DNA of 64,000 nt from NCBI GenBank assembly GCA_030390025.1, contig JASTWF010000070.1:372001-436000 (forward strand), written 5' to 3'. The notes below the pieces were generated by a model, which saw nothing but the letters and a program-made list of their open reading frames with translations, was not told the DNA's origin and made no database searches. The DNA is from Squalus acanthias. Lineage: Eukaryota. Shown piece by piece: positions 26,611-38,679 of the stretch. The translations under genes were made by a program, and so were the position numbers. Within the stretch, counting starts at the first letter, position 1. The number at the start of each line of letters is the position of its first letter.

Positions 26611-27194
26611 AAATATGTAGATATTTAAATCGTGTTTATATCAGCTTACTCGTTCTCCATCAGACCCGGATCTGGCTTACTGTTTATCGGCAACAGTAGA
26701 CGGATATTAATCATAAATAATCTCAAATTAGAAACCAACAAGAATCATTTTAAAATCAAAGTATCCATTCAGACAACTGCACTGTTTGATTTGTTCACAC
26801 GTCCACCCAATCCAATCAGCCGTTTCATCATACGCCATCTGCCAGGAGAAGTGTTTCCAGGGTCAAGGGGCATAGTTCCGAATAATGGACCCAGGTCATT
26901 GGTTTAGGAGAATGGAAACTGCGGCTATGGCGCCCCTGCCGGCAAGCGAAGAGTCTGCGTGTGCCTGGGGCCTCAATGAAAAAGCTGTTTGCCAGTTCGG
27001 AGGGCCAAGCTCGCTGCTTACTGGCGTAGACAGATAGAAGCAGCTTCTCGACATAGCACACAGAAATGTACACATAAAAAAACACATACACCCACTTACA
27101 TGCACACATACATACACACAAACACATACACACATACATACACAGAAACACAAACACACTTACACACAAACACCTACACACATAAACATACGCC

Positions 27195-30180
27195 CAGAAG
27201 GACAAAGGCAACAGGCGCATGGGAACACCACCACCTCCAAGTTCCCCTCCAATTCACACATCCTGACGTGGAAATATATCGGCCGTTGCATCATCGTCGC
27301 TGGGTCAAAATCCTGGGACTCCTTCCCTTACAGCACTGTGGGAGCACCTTCACCACAGGGACTGCAGCGGTTCAAGAAGGCGGCTCACCACCACCTTCTC
27401 AAGGGGCAACTAGGGATGGGCGATAAATCCTGGCCTTGCCAGCGACGCCCACATCCCGTGAATAAAGAAAAATACTCTCACTCACACATACATATACACA
27501 CGTATATATACACACACATACAGACAGACACAGACGCACTCCAATATAAACACAATCACCAAATATAAACACAGACATACACACGCACATAAATGTATGC
27601 TTAAGTCTTGCATATCGACTTCGCATGGAAGCCATTTAGGAACATAGTTTGAGTTATCTTCAAAATTAACCAGGATTGTTGTCGCATTTCTGCATCTCTA
27701 CAATAATTCCTGTGGCTAAAGTATTCAAATCAATCACCCCACAGGGGGCCGGGGCGGGGGTTCCTCGACTCCCTGTAGAGATAACAAAACTACTTTAAAA
27801 TCTGGCTATCAGAAATACAAACAAAAACTGGTTTTGATACAATGCTGGAAAGCTACCACAGGGAGTGACTGAGGCGAATAGCATAGATGCAATTAAGGGG
27901 AAGCTAGATAAACACATGAGGGAGAACGGAATAGAAGGATATGCTGATGGGGTGAGATGAAGAGGGGTGGGAGGAGGCTCGTGTGGAGCATGAACACTGG
28001 CATGGACCGGTTGGGCCGAATGGCCTGTGTCTGTGCTGCACATTCTGTGTAATTCTATGGAAGGCGCCTATAGAATCTATGTCAAGGGTTTCCATTATCA
28101 GAAGAATGAAGCGGTATGGAAACTGGGAGCTAAGAGAAAGTTACATTAAAGTTAATTTTAGAATGAATTTCTGGTAGAACTGGTTTTGAGTTGAGCAGGC
28201 CATTTAATACCTTACTGAATTTCTGAACAGCGATGCGGAAATGCCTGACCTCAACTGACAAAGAAGCGAGACTGAGCTTGAAGCAGAGAGGGGGCAGCTC
28301 GTTGACAGCGAAGAGGCGCTTTGAATGTGACCGCGCCTGTTGCTCTGAATACCACAGCTCACGCTGCTCGGGCCGCTTGCGAGGAGATGTGCAAAGTGCA
28401 GCGAGTTGTGGAAACGGCTGGCCGAGATTCTGACTTGAGCTGGAAAATAATGGCCGAGCTAGAAGCTCTCTGTGGTTTTCCTGTTTCTGCATCTTAGCCG
28501 CTCACACACAGAAAGGTCAAACAGTGAGGCGCCATGTTCAACCGCACACAGAAGACAGTTGACACCCATGGTAGATTCAACTGAACAGAGAGAAGACTCG
28601 AGTACATTGACCTCAATTACAGCCTCCCCTTCCATGTGACACCGCGTCCTGTTTATGTGCATTGCCTAGTGTTTGCACAGGAGTAATTGATCCTATTCTG
28701 ACCCTCAATATCTTTCATTAAATATCCACTCCCTCCACCACCGGCGCACCATGGCTGCAGTGTGTACTATCTCCATACAGGCTGCACTGCAGCAACTCGC
28801 CAAGACTTCTCCGGCAGCACCTTCCAAAACCCGCGACCTCCACCACCAAGAAGGACAAGTAGAGCAGGCGCATGGGAACACCACCACCTCCAAGTTCCGC
28901 CCTCCAAGTAACACACACCAACCTGACTTGGACAAATATCGGCCGTTCCTTCATCGTCGCTGGGTCAAAATCCTGGAACTTCCTCCCTGACAGACCTGTG
29001 GGAGTACCTTCACCACACGGACTGCAGCGGGTCAAGTAAGAAGTCCACCACCACCTTCTCAAGGAAAATTAAGGGTGGGCAATAAATGCCGGCCTTGCCA
29101 GCGATGTCCACATCCCACGAACGAATAAATAATAAACGACCAGGTTCTTACTTTGATCAAAAGTTAAAGAAAAGTGTGTTTACATCAAATTCTTATAAAC
29201 TTTGCACCCACCGTCCCTCGGTTTCATTCCTCTAAGGATTTTCCAAGTGCAGATTCTCGGAGATTTGCTCTGTAGGGCAACTGCTGAATTTCCTCTGATA
29301 AGTATTTCCGGTGAAATCGCAAGCCAGCTCTTTCTGGAATACCTTTACGGTCCAATAGTAATAGCGACCATAAGACATCCTTATTCACGATGCTGTTGAC
29401 AGATTGCAGCCAGGGTTCAATATCCTTCATTTATTCGGTGTATGGAAACGCTTCCGTGTCGTGACTACTTTTGGATTACATTCTGAACTTCTGGCTTTCA
29501 CCTCCCAATCCCGTGACCACCACCACCTAGAAGGACAGGGGCAGCATGTGAATGGGAACACCACCACCGCCAATTTCCCCTCCAAGTCACACACACAGAA
29601 TCACAGAATCATAGATTTTTTGCAGCACAGAAGGAGGCCATTCGGCCCATCGAGCCCGTGCCGGCTCTCTGCAAGAGCACTTCAGCTAGTCCCACTCCCC
29701 CGCCCTTTCCCCGTAGCCCTGCATTAATTTCCCTTCACATACTTATCCAATTCCCTTTTGAAAGCCACGATTGAGTCTGATTCCACCACCCTTTCAGGCA
29801 GTGCATTCCACATCCTAAATAATTGCTGTGTACAAAAGTTTTTCCTCATGCCGCCTTTGATTCATTTGCCAATCACCTTAAATCTGTGTCCTCTGGTTCT
29901 CGGCCCTCCTACCAATGGGAACACTTTCTCTCTATCTACTCTGTGTAGACCCCTCATGATTTTGAACCATCCTGACTTAGAAATATATCGGCCTTACGTT
30001 CATCGTTGCTGGGTCAAACTCCTGGAACTCCCTCCCTAACAGCACTGTGGGAGCACCTTCACCATACGGGACTGCAGCGGTTCAAGAAGGCGGCTCACCA
30101 CCACCTTCTCAAGGGCAATTTGGGATGGGCAATAAATGCCGGCCTTACCAGCGACGCCCACATCCCGTGAATGAAATAAA
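27195..30180 (+). mobile_element. Three copies of another LINE-type 3'-end repeat (27195-27470, 28715-29135, 29500-30180)
   Basis: Shared CATGGGAACACCACCACC...CACCACCTTCTCAAGGG...GCCAGCGACGCCCACATCCC..AATAAA; the third copy holds a nested inverted CR1 piece. Confidence 0.65.
28248..28490 (-). pseudogene. Relic promoter/leader homologous to the gene B 5' end (ATG->ACG)
   Basis: AAGCGCCTCTTCGCTGTCAACGAGC vs gene B AAGCGTCTCGGTCGCAGACAATGAGC; GTCAG donor retained; upstream GAGATGTG..GCAG..GGAAA block shared with 49250-49300. Confidence 0.55.
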
Positions 30181-30535
30181 TACAATTCTCAACTTTAACT
30201 GCCAAAATTAAAATACAGAACAATGACAAATGCGCACATCCATACCATAACCTTTCACTCACCCTCTCCGAACTATAATCGAAAGCACTTTATGTCCACT
30301 CTGCAATTTACATTAGACTGACCGCTGTGATGCACAGACACTGCCCACATGTAAAATACATGAGGCGTGGGATGCAACAGGATACTGCACCCAACGGCTT
30401 AGCTCGTAATAGTTTCCAACGTATCTGAAGGGGGTGTAACCAACTTTGTGTGCGCTCGGGTCACTCGGCGCCCACTCCGAATGTAGAATGTTGAGAGCAA
30501 GCACGGGAATAACTGAGCGCGGTGCCGGCCTCAAG

Positions 30536-30590
30536 ATGTTAAAGGAAGCTTTTTCCCTGATCCTCATTGTTCACGTGTTCTGGCCTTACG
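30536..30590 (+). pseudogene. VJ-C1-TM-ITIM receptor gene A, leader exon
   Basis: MLKEAFSLILIVHVFWPY-G; 55 bp; phase-1 donor GTGAGT; an in-frame upstream ATG at 30488 also exists. Confidence 0.75.
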
Positions 30591-31218
30591 GTGAGTGAGA
30601 CACGGTTGCGAGCTCCTAAATGGAATCAGCCAGAAACAATAGACTCTGTTTACTAAGTTGAAAATGTGACCCAGCTAACAGCTTTTGGGCTGCTATTTTC
30701 GCCCATTACCTATCTCTGTAACCTCCTCCAGCCCTGCTGCTCTCCGAGATCTCTGCGCACCTTCAATTCTGGCCACTTGAACAACCCCGATTTTAATCGC
30801 TCCAGCATTGGCGGGCCGTGCCTTCAGCTGCCTGATCCCTAAGCTCTGGAATTCCCTCCCTAAACCTCTCCACCTCTCTCTCCTCCTTTAAGACGCTCCT
30901 TAAAACCTACCTCTTTGACCAAGCTTTTGGTCACCTGTCCTAACATCTCAGTTTGTGGTTCGGAGTCAAATTTCTGTAAAGCGCCTTGGGTCGTTTAATT
31001 ACGCTAAAGGCGCTGTATCAAAGAAAGTTGTTGTTGATAATGTTGGCTTACTTTCTGGTCCTCCTATAAGGCGAAGTAAAGGCAATCTAGAGAATGGATA
31101 TAACAAGCAATAACTAAAGGCAATAATTATGCTGTTCTTAAATTACAGGCGAGGTGTTTCAACGCGGCTTCTTTCTATCGCTCAATAATCAGTTATAATG
31201 TAACAGTAATCCCTCTAG

Positions 31219-31550
31219 TTGCAGAGTCCCAGCCCTTTCTGGCTCGGAGCCCCTTCACAGTTACAGCCAGAGTCGGCCAGTCGGTTGAATTGGAATGTCA
31301 CCAGAATTATGAAGTGGAATTTGTGAATAGCTATTACTGGTACAAGCAGCGTGTGGGTGAAGCCCCGAGACTAATCGATATCCCATCCTGTAATCGGACT
31401 GATTGCAAGTTTACTTCTAAAAGAGGACACACCGAAAAAATACTGATCCTGAAATCCGCAATTTGCAGGTGGCTGACACCGGCTCCTATTACTGTGCTGA
31501 TAGGGATAGCAATGCACCGCTCGGGAATGGATCCACACTGCTGGTTGGAG
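31219..31550 (+). pseudogene. Gene A, VJ-type V-set exon with 1-nt frameshift
   Basis: AESQPFLARSPFTVTARVGQSVELECHQNYEVEFVNSYYWYKQRVGEAPRLIDIPSCNRTDCKFTSKRGHTEKILIL / (shift ~31450) EIRNLQVADTGSYYCADRDSNAPLGNGSTLLVG. 332 bp, one short of frame; GTAAG donor. Confidence 0.88.
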
Positions 31551-31640
31551 GTAAGAGCGAAACCAAATTGAATTCAGATCATGCACAGCAATATGATTCG
31601 GTGTAAAGTAAGAGTTAACTTTGTCCCAATCCCTGTCCAG

Positions 31641-31955
31641 ACAGTTCCACACCGGCTGTGCTGGTGTTTGCTCCGCCGGGGGAGCCGCATTTAAGGGACA
31701 CCGTCCCCTTGGTGTGTTTGGTCACTGGCGTCTCCTCGAACCAGATTGCTATTTACTGGAACGTTACCGGACAGTTGACCGAGGGACGGAGCGATTCCGG
31801 TACACTGGACCCGGACGGGACCTACAGCATCAGAAGCCATGTGATGGTCCCGAGGGAAGCCTGGAGAAGCGGCGGGGTCTGCACCTGTATTGTTGAGCTG
31901 GGTTCCAAGGACAAATCTTGGGCCAAGAGCGTGTCGCGCCCCAATACAGTGGCAG
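31641..31955 (+). pseudogene. Gene A, C1-set exon
   Basis: 315 bp open, CAG/GTGAGT sites: DSSTPAVLVFAPPGEPHLRDTVPLVCLVTGVSSNQIAIYWNVTG...DGTYSIRSHVMVPREAWRSGGVCTCIVELGSKDKSWAKSVSRPNTVA. C1 pattern (LxCLV, W, DGTYS). Confidence 0.9.
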
Positions 31956-32419
31956 GTGAGTCGGTGATCTGTTTAGCGACGGTTAGTTTCAGCTTTAGCG
32001 TCAGTTGGAGTAGTTCACTCGCTCCTAAGCGCCTCGCGTCTGTAAATAAAGCAACACCACGGGATGAGCATGAATATCTATATATCAGGAAAAATAGTGC
32101 GATCAGTCTGTTAAAAACTACATTGAAATAAGCTACGGTTACCCTCCGTCCCAGGTCTTGTAAATACTTTCTCCACTCTTGGCTGACTTTAGATTTCTGT
32201 GTGTCATCTTAGAATCATGGAATGATACAGCACAGAAGGAGGCCATTCGGCCCATCGTACCTGTGCCGGCTCTTTGAAAGATCTATCCAAATAATCCCAC
32301 TCTCCGCTGCTCTTTCCCAACAGCCCTTGCAAGATTCTCGCCTTCAAGTATTTATCCGGTTCCCTTTTGAAAGTTATTCGTGAATCAGCTTCCACCGCCC
32401 TTTCAGGCAGCGCATCAAC

Positions 32420-33060
32420 AACAACAGCAACTTGTATTTATATAGCGCCTTTAACGTAGTATAAAGTCCCAAGGAGCTGCTCAGGAGTATTTTAAGACTA
32501 CACATTTGACACTGATCCACATAAGGATAAATTAGGCCAGGTGACCAAAAGCTTGGTCAAAGAGGGAGGTTTTAAGGAGCGTCTTTAAGGAGGAAAGAGA
32601 GGTACAGAGTTTTAGGGAGCGATTTCCAAAGCTTAGGGCATTGGCAACAGAAGGCACGGCCACCAATGGTGGAGCGATTATAATCAGGAATGCTCAGGAG
32701 GGCAGAATTAGAGGAGCGCAGATATCTCAGGGGGCTGTAGGGGCTGGAGGAGATTACAGAGATAGTAAGGGGCGAAGCCATGGAGGGATTTCAAAACAAC
32801 GATTAGAATTTTGAAATCCAAGTGCTGCTTAACCGGGAGCCAATGTAGGTCAGCGAGCACAGGGGGTGATGGGTTAACGGGACTCGGCGCAAGTTGGGAC
32901 ACGGGGGCAGCAGAGTTTTGGATTACCTCAAGTTTACGTAGGGTGGAATGTGGGAGGCCAGCCAGGAGTGCGTTGGAATAGTCAAGTCTAGAGGTAACAA
33001 AGGCATGTATGAGGGTTTCAGCAGCGGATGAGCTGAGGCAAGGGCAGAGACGGGCGATGG
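32420..33060 (-). mobile_element. L2-clade LINE 3' fragment in the gene A C1-TM intron
   Basis: ORF 32708-33103 AETLIHAFVTSRLDYSNALL...LADLHWLPV. Confidence 0.8.
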
Positions 33061-33309
33061 AATGGATTGGAGTGAACGCGCTTTCTGACCTGACGCTGGT
33101 CAAGAGATGCGGTGAAATAGTTGGCTGAACGCGTCTGCTGGGATCAGACGCTCGCTCATTTCCAGCCGTTTATTTTCTCCTTTCCAGTTTTAAAGACCCG
33201 AACCACACTTATCAATCCCCATTTTCCCCGTGAAATAGATTTTCGTTTAATCGGGTTATGAAGCTTCACTGAAATTGGGTAATTGTTCCAGTTTATCACT
33301 CATAAAACA

Positions 33310-34015
33310 TGGGGGTGTATGTGCACAAATCTTTGAAGGTGGCAGGACAAGTCGAGAAGATTGTTAAAAAACATATGGACTCTTTGGCTTTATTAATAGA
33401 GGAATAGAGTACAGAAGCAAGGAAGTTATGCTAAACCTTTATAAAGCAATGGTTGGGCCACAGCTGGAGTATTGTGTCCAGTTCTGGGCACCACACTTTA
33501 GGAAGGATGTCAAGGCCTTGGAGAGGGATGCAGAGGAGATTTACCAGAATGGTACCAGGGTTGAGGGACTTCAGTTATGTGGAGAGACTGGAGAAGCTGG
33601 GATTTAATTCCTTAGAGCAGAGAAGATTAAGAGGAGATTTAATAGAGGTGTTCAGTCATGAATCATGAAGGGTGGTGATAGAATAAATAAGGAGAAACTG
33701 TTTCCAGTGGCAGAAGGGTCGGTAGCCAAAGGACACAGATTTAAGGTGATTGGCAAAAGAATCAGAGGGGAGATGAGGAAACATTTTTTTACGCAGCGAG
33801 TTGTTGTGATCTGGAATGCGCTGCCTGAAACGGCGGTGGAAGCAGATTCAATAATAACTTTCAGAAGAGAACTGGATAAATACTTGAAGGGATAACATTA
33901 ACAGGGCTATGGGGAAAGAGAAGGGGGGTGGGTCTAATTGGGTAGCTCCACCAACGAGCCGGCACAGCCGCGATCGGTTGAATGGCCTCCTTCTGATCTG
34001 TAATCATTCTATGTT
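33310..34015 (+). mobile_element. CR1 LINE 3' fragment
   Basis: QRRFTRMVPGLRDFSYVERLEKLG..RLRGDLIEVF; FFTQRVV. Confidence 0.8.
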
Positions 34016-34287
34016 TCAGTTTTCAAATAGTATGTTTTCATTGTGTATTATTAAAATTATGGGGCATAACTAAGAGTGCCGTCTGTCAATTTGTCTCAAC
34101 CACCAAACTGGTGCAATGTATTCCAATATGAGCTTTCACTTGTCCAATATGCGTCGCATTGGCTGATTTGACTTTCACACCCCGGGTTTGATGCTCCTGC
34201 ATTGTAACTGGATCAAGTTTCTCATAAGAGAATCCTAGAAATTAATGATTTGACCCAGATGCATTTTCTAAGTGTTTCTCTCTGTAG

Positions 34288-34389
34288 GGTGGTGCATTCT
34301 GACCCTTCCCTTTGCCATAACTGTCTCGGTGAGCCTGGTTCTGGTATTGATCCTCATTTCCATTTGGAATCATAAAAGCGGCAGATCAG
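34288..34389 (+). pseudogene. Gene A, transmembrane exon
   Basis: TAG acceptor and GTGAG donor; 102 bp, phase 1: GWCILTLPFAITVSVSLVLVLILISIWNHKSGRS; uncharged TM with membrane-proximal Cys. Confidence 0.8.
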
Positions 34390-34741
34390 GTGAGAATTTA
34401 CGTTTATCAGGAATATTTGAATAAAAGTTTGTTTAATGTGTCTCCCTTCTCGAAGCGTTAAATACTTATTACAGTTAATTGTTTCAGAAGAACGAGTCAA
34501 GAGACCCCACAATGAAAGGTGAGTAACTGAACCATTTACAAAGTTCATCAGTAACAGTCTCACTGTATTTAACACTGTGTCAAACCCAATTAACCGCGAC
34601 TCCAATTTAAACATTTTCCACGTTCTTTTAAGATTGAATCAAAGTCCATTCCGCAATTCTGTTTTCGATATTTATGGCATGTGACCAAGGATTTACAAGA
34701 AGTAATGTTTGTTTAACATTTTTGTTTGCATATAGTTTTAG

Positions 34742-34788
34742 TTTCACAGAGAGAACGATAAGAGCCGGAAGAAATGAACAACACTCAG
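34742..34788 (+). pseudogene. Gene A, cytoplasmic exon 1 (contains TAA)
   Basis: Phase 1->0 reading VSQRER*EPEEMNNTQ, strong CAG|GTGAG donor; stop at 34759-34761. Acceptor choice is ambiguous (34735, 34741 or 34749). Confidence 0.6.
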
Positions 34789-34984
34789 GTGAGCTGGATT
34801 GAAATGTTGGTTGAGTGAGAACATCAATTGTGGGTTATTTCAAAGATCAATAAGTGCATTTCCCGCCATCAAAATGTCCTGCCATCATTCCCCTGTCTGC
34901 CAGATATACAGAAAGGCAAATTATTGGTTATTAATGCTAACAAATATGTATCAGATGGACAATAGACGCCAGACACCGGGGGTG

Positions 34985-35330
34985 GATCATTCATGTCCAT
35001 CCATTGGTGTATTGGGATACCATTAGCGTAGTGGCGGATAATTGGCATAATGGGGGAACATTGACCTATTGCGGTACCATTGAAATTGGTGGACCATTGG
35101 CTTATTGTGTGATCAACGGACTTTTGGGGTACCATTAACGTATTGGCGTACCATTGTCGTTATGCTGGACCATTGTCGTATTGGTGGACCATTGGCATAT
35201 GGGTGGACCATTGGTATATTGGGGTACCATTGGCATTTTGGGGTGCCGTTGGCGTATTGCTGGACCATTGTCGTATTGCGGTACCATTGGCATATTGCTG
35301 GACCATTGGCGTATTAGGGGACCATTGGCG
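34985..35330. repeat. Degenerate minisatellite (GGACCATTGGCGTATTG-like units)
   Basis: Many diverged ~19-21 bp units containing ACCATTGG in the gene A intron. Confidence 0.85.
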
Positions 35331-35991
35331 CATGCTGCATCTATAATTAAATATAGATTAGCCAGAATTCATCATATTTAAATTCATATTCTTAACTGTT
35401 AATACACAGGTGACACCCATCAAATAGAGGCGAAGCGGACACATCAGGGTGCAACACATGTAAGTAAGTTCATTGAACCTGTTGGAATAATATACAGGAA
35501 CTTGGTGATTTCTGGGATGGGTGCAATGCGCCACATGCGGGATATTACACGCGGTTGGCATTGAGCAGGTCATAGTCCAGATCATTTTAATTTGCAGCGA
35601 ATCCCACTCGTTGCTCCAACTGGAAACAGAACATATCCCGCAGCCCTCTTCCCATCTGCTAATAGAAAGAACAGGTTAATGTTCCGGGTAGAATGCCTTC
35701 AACAGACTTTACTGCGGATTTCCAGCAGTTTCAGGTTCTATTTCAGATTTCCAGCTTTTTGCTATTTTCTATTCTTTTTATATCTACATTGAGGCAATGT
35801 CCGATCCCCCGACAATCCTCCGCCTCCTCCCATCAGGCGGAGATGCTGTTTTTGATATATTAGCAACGTTATTATTATGAAGATTCAGAAATAAGATGAC
35901 ACCCAGAATAGTTTCACAGATAAGTCAAAATATGTTTCTATGATAAGTCGTCAAAGATAGAATAATTTTGGAGAGAATGTGATTGTGTTTT

Positions 35992-36168
35992 NNNNNNNNN
36001 NNNNNNNNNNNNNNNNNNNNNNNNNNNNNNNNNNNNNNNNNNNNNNNNNNNNNNNNNNNNNNNNNNNNNNNNNNNNNNNNNNNNNNNNNNNNNNNNNNNN
36101 NNNNNNNNNNNNNNNNNNNNNNNNNNNNNNNNNNNNNNNNNNNNNNNNNNNNNNNNNNNNNNNNNNNN
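35992..36168. other. Assembly gap / masked N run
   Basis: N run flanked by TG-rich sequence. Confidence 0.99.
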
Positions 36169-36346
36169 GTGAGAGTGTAAGTGTGTGTGCGTATTGGAAT
36201 GTGTGTGTTTCTGTTAATGTGTTTGTGCGTGTGAGAGTGTTTGTGGGTGTGTGAGTGCGTGTGTGTGTGTCTGTGAGTGAGTGTCTGAGAGAGTGAGTGT
36301 GTGTGTGTATGTATGAGATTTTGTGAGTGTGTAAGTGCGTCTGATT

Positions 36347-36950
36347 ATCAGCCGTGGCTCAGTGGGTAGCACTCTCGCCTCTGCGTCAGAAGGTCATGGG
36401 TTCAAGTCTCACTCCAGAGACTTGCGCACAAAAATCTAGGCTGACGCTTCCAGTGCAGTACTGAGGAAGCGCCGCACTGTCGGAGGGGTATACTGAGGGA
36501 GCACTGCAACGTCAGAGGGGCAGTAATGAGGGAGTGCTGCACTGTCGGTGGGGCAGTACTGAGGGAATGCTGCACTGTCGGAGGGGCAGTACTAAGGGAG
36601 TGCTGCACCGTCGCAGGTGCCGTCTTTGAGATGAGATGTTAAATTGAGCCCCATTCTGCCCTCTCAGGTGGACGTAAAAGGACTCACGCCACTATCTCGA
36701 AGAAGAGCATAGGAGAGTTCTCCCTGGTGTCCTGGGCCAATATTTATCCCTCACCCAACATTATTAAAAAAACAGTTTATCTGGACATTATCTCATTGCT
36801 CTTTGTGGGAGCTTGCTGTGCGCAGACTGGCTGCCACGTTTCCTACATTACAACAGAAACTACAATTCAAATGTATGTCATTGGCTGTAAAGCGTTTGGT
36901 GCGTGCTGAGGTCATGAAAGATGCTGTGGAAATGCAAGTCTTTCTTTCTT
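36347..36950 (+). mobile_element. tRNA-derived Deu-like SINE with internal ~33-bp tandem expansion
   Basis: A/B-box-like head; repeated GCACTGTCGGAGGGGCAGTACTGAGGGAGTGCT at 36455-36610. Confidence 0.78.
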
Positions 36951-36954
36951 TTAG

Positions 36955-37325
36955 GACGTGTGATGGCGTGTGATTCTGTCTGGGTATGATTGATTGTGTG
37001 TGTGTCATTGAGTGTGAGTGTATTTGAGTGTGTAATTGAGTTTGTGTGTGCAATATTCTGTCTGGGTATGATTGGTTGTGTGTGTCTGTGAGAGATTAAG
37101 TGTCTGTGTGTGTGTGATTATATCTGGGTATGATTGATTATGTGTGCGTCATTGAGTGTGTGAGTGCGTGTGATTATGTCTGGTTATGATTGATTGAGTG
37201 TGTCTGTGAGAGATTAAGTGTCTGTGTGTGTGTGATTATATCTGGGTATGATTGATTATGTGTGCGTCATTGAGTGTGTGAGTGCGTGTGATTATCTCTG
37301 GGTGTGATTGATAGTGTGTGTGTGC

Positions 37326-37365
<40 letters not shown>

Positions 37366-37368
37366 GTG
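36955..37368. repeat. TG-rich compound tandem repeat
   Basis: Repeated TGATTATATCTGGGTATGATTGATT units plus (TG)n(AG)n. Confidence 0.8.
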
Positions 37369-37369
37369 A

Positions 37370-38060
37370 TTGAGTAAGGAAGTCTTGCTGGAATTGTACA
37401 GTGCCTTGGTGAGACCACACCTGGAGTACTGTGCACCGTTTTGGTCTCCTTATCTAAGGAAGGATGTACTTGCCTTGGAGGCGTTGCAACAAAGATTCAC
37501 TAGATTGATTCCTGGGATGAGAGGGCTGTCTTATGATGAGCGATTGTGCAGATTGGGCCTATACTCTCTGGAGTTTAGAAGAATGAGAGGTGATCTCATT
37601 GAAACATACGAAATTCTGAAGTGGATTGATTGAGAGGGTAGATGCTGAGAGGTTGTTTCCCCTGGCTGGCATGTCTAGAAGTAGGGGGCATAGTCTCTGG
37701 ATAAGGGGTAGGCCATTTAAGACGAAGATTAGGAGTAATTTCTTCACTCAGAGGGTTGTGAAACTTTGGAATTCTCTGCCCCAGAGGGCTGTCGATGCTC
37801 AGTCTTTGAGTATATTTAAGACTCAGATAGATAGATTTTTGGACTCTAGGGGAATCAAGGGATATGGAGATTGGGTGGGAAAGAGGAGTTGAGGTCGATG
37901 ATCAGCCATGATCTTATTGAATGTCGGAGCAGGCTCGAGGGGCCGAATGGCCTACTCCTGCTCCTAATTCATATGTTCTTATGATCTTTCAAAGAGCCAG
38001 CACAGGCACGATGGACCGAATGGCCTGCTTCTGTGCTGCATCGTTCTATGATTCCATGAA
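37370..38060 (+). mobile_element. CR1 LINE 3' fragment
   Basis: LVRPHLEYCAPFWSPYLRKD...RMRGDLIETY. Confidence 0.85.
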
Positions 38061-38138
38061 ACGCGACTGAAGGACGGGTAGTTTGACCTGCCTTCAAATA
38101 TCTTGAAATACAATGTTTAATATATTTTCCTGTCTCAG

Positions 38139-38225
38139 GGCGGCCCGCAAGACCAGATACTTTACGCCTCTCTGGAATTTGCTGCCTCGGAAAAGTCATC
38201 AAAAAAGAAGGCGGGTCGCGGATGA
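38139..38225 (+). pseudogene. Gene A, terminal exon with ITIM
   Basis: Pyrimidine tract plus TCTCAG acceptor; phase 0: GGPQDQILYASLEFAASEKSSKKKAGRG*. ILYASL fits I/V/L-x-Y-x-x-L. AATAAA near 38559. Confidence 0.75.
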
Positions 38226-38679
38226 GAATCCGAAGGGTTTCTATCCGATGGATGCGGGCAGAGACAGGACTTACAAAAGAACCCACAGCCTGCTCGAAAA
38301 AGAATGGAGCCACGGAGAATCCCGTCAAACATCTAAACTATCTGCCTGCACTCGGCAGAGTTTGCAAAAACTCTTTCATTTCAATGTAACGAACGTGCTT
38401 TGAGTATTGTAAAGATATTCCACTGTATTAGTGTAATTCAAGTGTGAGACAAACATTAAGAGCAGGAACTTCTCGGTTTGGTGTTTCTCTGAACCTTTCC
38501 TGCGCATCCTGCAGCTCCAGTTAATAACAAGATTTTTATTTGCAAATGCTTGTGTATTAATAAAATAAATTTTTCTCCGAATTTAAAGATGCACGAGAGG
38601 TTCCTATCGACCAATACTTCACTTATATTTAAATGTGATCAGGATAAAACTTCAACGACTATTGAGATGACAATATCGG

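Noticed and set aside
36347-36420. tRNA-like sequence
   Set aside because: It is the head of a SINE and continues into the Deu-like core; no complete cloverleaf.
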